Positions 11,344 through 20,630 of a DNA stretch of 64,000 nucleotides are shown in pieces. The notes beneath the pieces are model-generated. The model saw only the letters and a list, made by a program, of their open reading frames with translations, made no database searches and had not been told where the DNA came from. The number at the start of each line of letters is the position of its first letter. The stretch's first letter is position 1. Both the position numbers and the translations under genes were made by a program. This DNA is from Carpediemonas membranifera BICM (lineage: Eukaryota > Protista > Fornicata), in contig JAHDYR010000011.1 of NCBI GenBank assembly GCA_019828565.1, positions 421,314-485,313 on the forward strand, written 5' to 3'.

Positions 11344-12609
11344 ATGCGTGACTTCGAGAAGATCATCTAATGCCAGCCACGGAACTAGAGATGAAGCGTG
11401 GAAATGAAGGAACTACTCCGGACACCCGAGAGACGAACTCTCAGAAACGCAAGCCGATGGTCAGGGTGGAATGACGCCGCAAAGAGCGAATGCAGGTCGG
11501 CTCTCATGATTGGTATGCTCAAGGCATTCTTTTTGCATCACCGTTGATGTGTTTGGAACGGATATGACTGGTCTATCTGTCCGTAAGGTGGCGAATGCCT
11601 ACAATCACATCATCTCGGTGTACTTGCAGCCCTGCCACCCTGATCCGACATTCTTTGATGGTATCAAGTCCCTCACGGCTGTATCGCAGGGTAGGCTTGT
11701 CATTGGGCATGTTAAGGAGTGGGCAACCCAGTCTTGCCACTGCAACATCGGCATTTCTGATCAGGCTCCTTCGAGAGTGTTTCATAACCTTTCTCGGGCC
11801 CCCAACCCGGTGCGATCGGAGCTTCTGACCGCGATGAAGAAGATTTTCACGAGAGTTGGCCTGGACGTCCCCCAGAATTTTTGATTCGCGTCCTCTGTCC
11901 CTTAATCTGGTGGACCTTTCGGCACCCGACATATTTACTGGTCGGACGAAGACGTTTTTCAAGACAGCAGAAATCCCCCATTCCGTGCCGCAAGTGAAGC
12001 AGGAGGTGAAGGTTGACCCCGTTCGACCCTCTGAGTCTATCTCTAAGCGTAACGTCATGCTACTCGATGACGTCCATCGCATGACACAGCGCATGTCGGA
12101 AGATCTCTCTCAGCTCAAAAGAACGGCCGGTAACCGCTGATTCAGACTCTGACGATGATGGAGAGAACCTCCTTGACTTGCAGAAGAGGATGCTTGCCTT
12201 CTGTTGCGGCCATTGCCACAGCTTGGACTGGGTTGGCAATCTCAACACGTCAAAGTTTGTCTCATGTGGAGAGTGCGGCAGGAACTTTCATGACAATTCC
12301 GTTTGCGTGCCTGCTCGTCCGGAGAAATGTTCAAAGACTGCCAACTGGACGAAAGAAGCCAACAGAAAGAAGTCCTCGTGGAAGTTCACATGCCAGGCTT
12401 GTGTCCAGGAGAAGACTTGTTTCGCATGCCAGAAGAACGCCTCGGTATATCATTGTCGGATGTGTGGGCACTGGTTCTGTGGTAACAAGGGCTGTATGGG
12501 CACCACTGCCGTGAAGGTCGTCATTGACGGCGTGAATATTCCCAAGATCCGTCTTTGTGACGATTGCCTTGAGAACTTCAAGTCGGTGGTTCAACAGTCG
12601 GAGCAGTAA
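11344..12609 (+). CDS. PHD-finger plus second Cys-rich zinc-finger protein, frameshifted (ORFs 11510, 11856, 12178); start uncertain
   Basis: CGHC..FVSCGECGRNFHDNSVC..WKFTCQAC (C4HC3) followed by CFAC..CRMC..FC..C..CDDC; acidic DSDSDDDGE hinge before the PHD. Confidence 0.7.
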
Positions 12610-12874
12610 AGATTGAATCTTTTCAAACATATTTTCATGAAGATAGATCCAATGAAACTATGTACCATGAGCCCGATTGCTCAGTGATTATGTGATAATC
12701 CTGTGTGACCCAGGACAGCGTGCTCCTGGAATCAACAGGGCACAAAACACCCTGCGTATTCCGGTAGCACACCGTTCTGACTCATACGTCCGTCTCTGGT
12801 TGTCGTATACAGGTCTATTTACGTGTTTGGCGATGGCGCTCCCTTAAATCTGCTTGAACGGCGTGTCGTGGCTG

Positions 12875-13138
12875 TCAGTATGCTGCAAATGTCGCAGCGA
12901 GAAAGGAGTCACCAATCGCGTTCAGCTTTCTTGTTTCTCGCCTGATACTGCTCGTAATATCGTTCAAGCGTGAATCTATGAAGTAATGGGACTGAATGGC
13001 CTCTATTGCGTCAATTTCTTGCGTAATCGTTGTTGAATGGCCTAGAATAGATGTTGCAGCTGCTTCCAGCTCCTGTTGCATGCTAAATGCTGTGTTTTTG
13101 GACAATTGGTCGTGTTCAGGCAGATTTTTTTCGTGCAA
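12875..13138 (-). CDS. Small hypothetical ORF
   Basis: 87-aa ORF with helical composition; no motif. Confidence 0.25.
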   Translation of the reverse strand: MHEKNLPEHDQLSKNTAFSMQQELEAAATSILGHSTTITQEIDAIEAIQSHYFIDSRLNDITSSIRRETRKLNAIGDSFLAATFAAY

Positions 13139-13462
13139 AGTGCAGGCTAATACGCGCCCTTAAACTGTGGGATCAGCCGCTGGGTAAATATACTGAGAAA
13201 AACCATATAGCTGAGTTCACTGTCTTGTGCTGAATACGGTGGCGCCATTTATTTCTCTGAATCGCTAAGTTTTGTCAGCGTTGACCGCGCACGACCGGTC
13301 GTCCTTACGCGATGACACCCAGCCCATCTTGTAGGTCGGGTGGCCATACCTCGCGGCCTTGCTTGCTTTTCTTTGACGAGCAATATTCCCTGAGTAATAG
13401 CCTCTCCTTTTCTTCAATTCGACTCTAGCCAAGTCAAAAAAACAAGAAATCGACCATATCTC

Positions 13463-13566
13463 AAAATCTAACAGGTAGATTCACTCTGAAAGTGATTATG
13501 CGCATATGTACCTCCTTTCAACTACTCACATAATCACTATCGTAGTGAATCTACCTGTTAGATTTT
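13463..13566. repeat. Subterminal hairpin: 38-bp inverted arms, 28-bp spacer
   Basis: aaaatctaacaggtagattcact-ctgaa-agtgattatg (13463-13500) vs cataatcact-atcgt-agtgaatctacctgttagatttt (13529-13566); 3 mismatches. Confidence 0.93.
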
Positions 13567-13749
13567 CTGTTATTGTCCATTTTATCGTTTCGTCTTAACC
13601 TGCACGGCGAAATGCTCAAACCAGGCAAGGAGTCAGAGCCAGAGCTTCTTTCCATGCTCTAAGTACATCATATGGACTCTCAAGAAGACCTTCGTTTATC
13701 TCTAAATAGCTTAAATTTAATGAATACTTCATTTCTGAGCAAGAAATTG

Positions 13750-13809
13750 TAGATTATCTAGCGTTTTGAGGTCGAAGATAATCTAGGGTTTAGCAAAGAT
13801 AATCTAGGG
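13750..13809. repeat. Terminal/subterminal AGATAATCTAG repeats at the putative right end of the DNA element
   Basis: aagataatctaggg at 13775-13788 and 13796-13809; near-palindromic tagattatctag at 13750-13761. Confidence 0.75.
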
Positions 13810-14074
13810 ATGTTGACAGCATGTTGCCGCCGCCAACGGAAGCGACGAGGAAGAAGAGCTCCTACGCATCGGAATGGAGCACGAGAGCGACGAACCAGAT
13901 CAAGAGATGCATGAGTAACGAGCCATACCAAAGCAGTGGAGGGAAGAGTGCAGAGTCTAAAGGGATGTGTATATATAGCACGTTAGTGTAGGACTAGGTG
14001 AAGTGAAGGCGCCGGAATAGGTGCAGCGTTGGAGCCCGCCAGAAGGGCTGTACTGGCGCCAATGCCCGGGTGAC

Positions 14075-14290
14075 TTTTCTTTTCTTAAAACCCCTGTTCC
14101 CCGCAGGGACCGGGGGGCGGGTAAGAGGCAGTTGGAACGCCATCGAGGACCCGCCTGTCCGGCAGGCTGGAACTCCAGCCTTGGGAGGGGCGCCGAAAGG
14201 AGTCGCTCCCACCTATGCGTAGTTAGGTAACGATGCTGCCAATGTGCGAGGCCAGAAGCGCTATAGAGACTGGCACGAAAGTCCCGACAA
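14075..14290 (+). other. Conserved multi-hairpin inter-ORF RNA structure (IRES-like candidate), LINE-A copy
   Basis: Pyrimidine tract then hairpins CCCTG/CAGGG, CCGG/CCGG, GGCTGG/CCAGCC, GGGAG/CTCCC, an AGGTAA stem and a GGCACGAA loop; same order as 24358-24560. Confidence 0.55.
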
Positions 14291-14645
14291 GCACCGCGAG
14301 GGCGCGGCCAGTGAAAGGGGTGGTACACCCTAGGTCAGCTCCAAGAGGGAACCTGGGCCACGTCTGGGGACTCTGGAGGAAGCAGCCGTTCTGGCCAAGC
14401 ACCCCATGTGAATGGCGCATGCTTCTGGGTCCTGGAGAAATATCAAGGGCAAAGAAGACGCCTACCCGGGCCGCCCACCAACAACCCACAGGGCGGGAAG
14501 CGGCCCACCCAACGTGCTAAACAACGACGACATAGGCGCTCACCCATTGGGAAGGCAACTATGCAGATGCTAAACCCCAACAACAAGATGAAAGTGTGCA
14601 GGTAGTGCAGAATAAGGAGTGCAGGTTAAGGCAGTAACAACCTGA

Positions 14646-17600
14646 ATGCGAATAGTCTCCCTTAACAGCCAAGGACACTTAACGGGCAATGAAGACTACA
14701 GCGGATCTATAGCGGTAGCGCTTCGCAAGCACACGAGCCCGGACGCCCTCCTCTTGCAGGAAACATTCAGGTACGGTAACTCCGTAGTCCCCTGTTGGGC
14801 GGACCTACAATACGCATGTGCAGGGCACGCCAAACCCATCAAGGCTCGAAAGGGCAAGATTAACCTAGGCGTAGCCACGGTGATCAGCCCACATTCACAG
14901 GCAACCTGGGATGTAGGAGTATCTGACGGCACGAACCCCCGAGTTCAAGTTAGCATCCTCGAAACCTCAAGGGCTATCGCAGTCATCAACATATACGCCC
15001 CTCCAAGTGACCGCAGCGCAGCGGAGCTAGACCGCTTCGACCAACAGCTGGAAAACATCGTCAGAGAGTACCACGGCTTCGAGATAATCATCATGGGGGA
15101 CTGGAACCGTGACCCGCGGAGCCTGCGCCATGCCACCAGCGCCACACTACAGCGAAACAATCTAGACCTAGTTTTCCCCTCGTCTCACACATACATGAGT
15201 GGGAATACCACCTCGACGCTGGATTATGCAGCTGTATCTGGGGGGATCACGAGGGCCAAAGCTAGAGTCATTGACAAAGCTGAGATGGGGCATTGGGGCT
15301 CCCCCCATAGGGCAGTGGAGCTAACCTGGGACGAACCGCATTGGAAGAAACAACCGGCCAAACCCAAGCTGGAAATCCCAGGAACAACCACCTGGAATGT
15401 CCTCCCAGAGCGCAACGGGGGAAAGGGCAAGGGAATGGCCGCAACCCGATGTGGAGCTCCATGTAGATACAATCGAGTACCAAATACGGGAACTCTTATC
15501 GGTGGGATTTCAAACTTCCGCTAGGAACGTCAGACCAGGGAGATCGCAAAAAAGGATCCCGGAGAACGTATGGAAGCAACTCATCCTAGCCCGATGGAAC
15601 AAAGCGGGGGCCGCGGAAATCAAGCGGACCCTGAACAACGAGCTCCAGAAGTCATGGAAAAGCTTCAAGGAGGAGTGGACGCAGCAGGTGGAAAACAGCG
15701 CAAGGGCAGGGTATAAGACCACCAAGAAGGTCATAGCAAACCAGGTCCACAGGTTCTGGAACGAGAAACAACACGCAGGGCTACCGGCGATGCTCAGAGG
15801 AAAGAGGTCGATCTTAACAAGGGAAAACGAGATAGCTAGGGAGCTGCAGAGGCAATACGCCCAAGTCAGTAGTGGCATAGCACCTAGTTGGGACCAGATC
15901 CCGGCGGCCCAAACAACTGATCAACCCCCCACGGAGGAGGAGGTCACGGCCACCATCAAGTCCCTGAAGAAATCATCGGCAGGAGGCCCGGATGGTATCA
16001 CGGGCGAATGTCTGAGAGACCTCCCCCAGGCGGCCTACAGGGCAATCACATGCCTCTTCCAGAAAGTATACGAGTCTGGGGAACTACCCACCACGTGGAA
16101 GTACGCCTCCATCTCCCCGATACACAAAGTAGGGAAAGATAAGCTACTGCCAGGATCCTACCGACCCATCTCACTCACCCCCTCCTCTACCGAGCATATG
16201 GGAAGGTACTCAAATGGAGGCTCAAACCAACAGTTGAGAGGCACACCCCCAGAGAGCAGATCGGCTTCATGAAGGGAAAGACAGTCATAGACCACATCGC
16301 CCTCCTAACCCAACTGCACCAAGAAGGAGACCGGACCAGCGTGCTGCTCGACATTGCAAAGGCGTACGACACGGTTCCCAGGGACATCCTAGTCAGCAAG
16401 CTGATCAATATGGGTGTACACCCCCACCTAGTCAGAGCAGTACAAAGCACAATGGAGAGGACCTACATTGCGGTAAGGGGATCCGACCTATGGTCCGAAA
16501 CGAACCTAGGAGTCAAGCAAGGTTGCGTGGTCGCCCCCACCCTATTCATACTATTTACGGCCAACTGGATTAGCCAGGCGTCACTCAGAATACAGTACGG
16601 CGAGATACCAGACCCGAAGCTTCCCCCCACCCACCACAGACCCGGGAATGGCATCATAGCAATGTTCGTAGACGATACGAGCATCTCGGCAAAGAAAGAA
16701 AATGATGCGGAGTCCCTCACCGCCGCAATGGTGGAAGTGATAGTGGCACACAAGCTGTGTATCAGCCCAGGAAAGAACATCGTCATAAGTACCAATCCAA
16801 ATGCGGAAGTGCGAATTCAAGGGGAGGCCACCCGAGCAGCGGAGTCAGGCCGATACTTGGGACTCTGGATAGCAAGTGGCCCTCATCCGCTCAGCGCATG
16901 CATCGCAAAAGAAAAGAGAACAGTCGAACAAGTACATCGCCCTCGCCCGGAGAGTGGGATGGACTAAAGGCTCCACGCCCGCGGCTGTCTCCGAGTCCAT
17001 CCTCCGCACCTTCCTATGGCCAAAGATCGAATTCGGAATCGAAATCTGGGGCCAAGTCCCAGGAGGCAGAAGGCTTTGGAACGACTGGCGAGGACTCATG
17101 GCGGGAACCGGACCCGGTGGAGGGGGTGTCGCCCGCCTGATGATGGGATGGATGTGCTGGGAAGCGGACATGGGTGTAAGAGCGGTTAGAATCCGCGAAT
17201 CGGCCCGGGACCCTGACCGCCCATCGCCCCTAGCGGACTTCGACTGGGGAAGAGCGAACCCCAAGTCCGTTATCGGAAAGCTGAACAAGTGGGCAGACAA
17301 CGTACTAGATCTGGCCCCTAGCGACCTTCACGGACCCAGACCCAGAGCAATAGCCGGGGGATGGAAGATGACAGCACGAGACATCGCCACCAAAGGTAGC
17401 CGAACAGCCAAGGCGGCCGCCGAAGTGCTAGCTGCGGAGGCAATGCAAACAATGGCAGGCGGGAGAGCACCCAAGAAACCAAAGATTATCAGAGGGGAGA
17501 TGATGCTCAGGAGGGAGCTGAAGAGGGTAGTTGCAACAGCCTCCAACACGCTCCCCTCCGCTAGCAACAGCCACACAACTCGAGGAGCCGCGCTCATCAT

Positions 17601-18018
17601 AAGCAGGAGGTACCCTGGGCAGGAAATGCTCTGCGACCGTATCCAAAGAATATGCCCGATATGCACACTCGCAGCCGAACGCGAATTGATCAACTACCTC
17701 CAACTATACCCCCCCCAGGCGCAGGCGCTAGTGGCAGTAGCCGGGTGGCTGGAAGACCAACCGCTAGGAACACAAAGCCACATCATAGCGGAGTGCCAGG
17801 GCGTCGGCCGCCCAAGTGGGTGGGAGCAGTGCTGGGAAGCTGCGGCAACACACACCATGGCAAGTAGGCTGCGGCACGGCCCAGATGGGGAGTGGTATAA
17901 CTCCAGGGCCATATTGGAGCTCCACTGGCTACTGCAACAGGAGGATGAAACAGTGAAGGAGGGTCTATTATGCGGGAAAAAGGCCCTCATGAACCTCAGA
18001 ACAGGCCCAGACCCCTAG
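14646..18018 (+). CDS. LINE-A ORF2: APE endonuclease, reverse transcriptase, C-terminal zinc finger (3 frameshifts)
   Basis: SLNSQG, LLQET, INIYAP, MGDWN, LDY, SPH; GPDGI, SYRPISL, LDIAKAYD, GVKQG, MFVDD, RYLGLW; CPIC..HIIAEC. Confidence 0.92.
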
Positions 18019-18990
18019 GAGGAAAGCCCTGGGTGAAGACAAGGCACAGGGCGGAACATTCCTGGAACCGGCGGGAGGTGTTTTCCCCCCACATGTTCCG
18101 GTAGCGCCAGGCGGAGGGAAGGCTGCAAAGGACCACTAAGGGACAACCGCATACAACAAGCACGAAATAGGGAAGGCCTGGCAAAACAGCTGGGCCAGTA
18201 GGGCGCAAGCGTCCGGACAAGCAGTCCGGCGCATCCCTCCGGCGCGCAAGGGGGTACCCCCTCCCCACACAGTGGGGGCGCACCAGGAGGATGATGCATG
18301 GCAGACTGGCGGAGGTACTGGATGACGCAAGAAGCTACCCACTCCGTCGGTAACCTGCCGGGAAGGCAGGGCCATCCTGATGTGGCCCGGCGCCTAGCCA
18401 GGAACACTGGAAGACGTGGCAACCGCCCCTGGGAGCTCCCCCGATAATGGGAACCTGGAGTGAAATCGGACAGCGCTAGATGAGCCCGAACGCAGCCGGC
18501 AAGTCCGTGGAAGTCTACCTACGCGGCGTCGGTGGGTTCCTAACCCGGCCCAGCTGGTACGGCGAACTCTAGACCCGACCCCGCCCTGGCGGGTGCCTGA
18601 AACATGGCGAGCGGGTCGAGGAAACTCCAGGACCTCCCTAGGGGACCCGGGGGAGAGGAGAAACGTACGGAAGGTCCCCTGACAGCAGCGTGCAGGGCAA
18701 GGCTTTGTAGGTGCCAGGCAGACCTGGGACCCAAAGGGCCCCTAAGAGTAAGACCTGGGTTAGCCTAACTTTGGGGGTATTAATGTGGCCATGTATAGGA
18801 TCCCTCTAGCGTACCAGCTAGGCCTTGACGGCCGTTGTTCACGCCCTCTTAGGAAGTGTTAGGTGTGCTCTGTAGAGGTACCAACACGCTTAGGCGTTCC
18901 TCGAAGGGGTGACACAAACTGTGACATTCAGCTTACACAGCAGGACGAGTAGCAGGACACATTAAATTCTTTCTTCTTCTTTCTTCTTCT

Positions 18991-20511
18991 GTTGCCCTGT
19001 TCATCGAAAGAGATGTCGCCTCTCGTCAGGCCGAAGATCTCGCCTCCCCGGCTGACTGAGATGAATGTAAGTGCAGCGAACAGCGCTACCTGGAACGCTT
19101 TCGGTGAGGAGCGTCGCCTGTCGACGACCTTGCGGACCTGGGCTCTGGTCACCGGTAGTGCGCCTCCTGTTAGGCCGTCGAGAGATGCTACGTTCTCCGC
19201 ACTCTTGATGATCTGCCTGGCTTCTGGCGGAGGTCGCCAGTTGGAGACGAGTGGAGCCGCTTGACAGATCCAGTAGCCCTTTCTGTGGATACTCTGCGGG
19301 CCAGTGGTCTCGCCCTCGGCGAGGAGGAATGCTCTGAGTTGTTCGGCGTCGGAGAGGGCTGCCTGTCGCGATAGGACGAACTTAGAGACCCAGCCAGCCG
19401 CTGAGCGGCGCGATGACTCGTTTCGGAAGTGAGATAGCCTGTCGTGGCGGAGGAGTTCGTCGAACGGGTCTTGACGATCATCGCAATCATTCTGATCTTT
19501 CCTTGCCTCTCGGTCCAGGATAGCTCCGTGTTGAGCATGTGCGAGGAGTGGACTCTGAGATACATCTTGTGTTGGGACAGCCGTTTCAGCGCTCTGACTT
19601 CGGGTGAGTTGAGATCGGGGAAGAGGAGTATTGCCGCTGACCTCCACGTCCGAGGGGACGTAGTCGGGGTCTGAGGCGTCCGAATCTTCTCCAGACGACG
19701 ATGTGCCGCTCCCAAGAGCGCTGTCGGCGGAGCCAGATAGATCCTGGCGCCGGTCCAGGAGCGCTGGAAGCCGTGATCGTCGAGGGACCAAGCTTTCCTG
19801 ACGAATCCTGGCAGTGCGAGCTTCTTGTCCGGAGATGCAGTGACGTCTATCTCCGCCGGACCCCACTTGGCCATTATCGTCTCGAGTACCTCGCGGGGTG
19901 AGTGCCAATCGAGCTTTGCGAATCTCGACAGCCGGTCCGCCTGGACATTGAGGTGCCCTGCGATATGGAAGCAGTGAATATCGACATTCTTCGTGTTCGC
20001 CGTGGTGAAGATATCCTGCAGGAGTCGAATGGCCGTGTCGGCGAGACATGGGGAGCCCTGGCGGTTGACCCATGCGATGGCCGCGGTGTTGTCCGAAAAG
20101 ATAGCTAGTTGGGTCCTGGTGCGCTGGGTTGGGGTGAGCTTGATAGCCTGGCCAATCGCGTAGAGCTCCTTGACTCCGATATGAGAGTCTCGGAACTCGG
20201 GAGGAAAGCGGCCTTGAGCCGAGCGGCCCTGGTCGCCGTTGAATAGGCAGGCGCCCCACGCGAAGGAGGACGCGTCGGATGCGACCGAGAGCTGGAGTTC
20301 GTCCTTGATCTCCCAGTCTGCCCTGGCCTGAGCGAAGGGTCTGGATGGACGATCTCTGAGCAGCGCTAGCCAGCTGTTGAGCTGGCGACGCATCTGCTGC
20401 GAGATGTGAAGCGTCGGGGCGGGATGTAGGGCCTGGAGTGATCTGAGCTGGAGCCTGGCGAACTGTGTCGTACTTGCGAAGAACGAGAGGCGGCCTAGTA
20501 GGCGTTGCCAC
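18991..20511 (-). CDS. DIRS tyrosine recombinase frame (N-terminal part, cut by LINE-A insertion)
   Basis: ALPVTRAQV...ALFAALTFISVSRGGEIFGLTRGDISF (first catalytic Arg box); overlaps the RT/RH frame as is typical of DIRS. Confidence 0.8.
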
Positions 20512-20629
20512 TCGGTTGCATCGATCCTGCCGGCCCTGAGGGCCTGCTCGATTGATGTTGCATAGCGATCGGCTCTGTCCTTGGAAATCTGCAGTGTCTC
20601 GGCGGCTGTGTTGATGGTGACTCCTAGGT
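19188..20629 (-). CDS. DIRS pol C-terminal part: RT thumb, RNase H, Dam-like methyltransferase domain
   Basis: LLGRLSF; SDASSFAWGA, HIGVKELYAI, FSDN, HIAGHLNVQADRLSR; WGPAEIDVTAS..SW..IYLAPP. Confidence 0.9.
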
Positions 20630-20630
20630 G

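Larger units (their letters stand above)
1..13809. mobile_element. Large cargo-carrying DNA element (Transib/RAG1/CMC-like DDE transposon or virus-like integrant); left end outside window
   Basis: Contains a DDE transposase-like ORF (8997-11304). Right end reads CCCTAGATTATCT on the - strand at 13809, with subterminal repeats at 13750-13761, 13775-13788 and 13796-13809. AT-rich intergenic spacers and shared internal repeats; abuts DIRS/LINE sequence at 13810. Confidence 0.55.
13829..18990 (+). mobile_element. Non-LTR retrotransposon LINE-A (5'-truncated in ORF1), APE-RT-CCHC
   Basis: ORF1 remnant ending at TAA 13916-13918; ORF2 at 14646-18018; ~970-nt 3' UTR; (TTC/TTTC)n tail at 18967-18990; probable TSD TGTTGCC at 13822-13828 and 18990-18996. 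Confidence 0.9.

Noticed and set aside
1-13809. Polinton, virophage or giant-virus call
   Set aside because: No capsid, packaging ATPase, protease or DNA polymerase is recognisable in the visible part; kept only as an alternative hypothesis.
13796-13813. piggyBac assignment from the CCCTAGA terminus
   Set aside because: No TTAA flank and the transposase motifs are not piggyBac-like.
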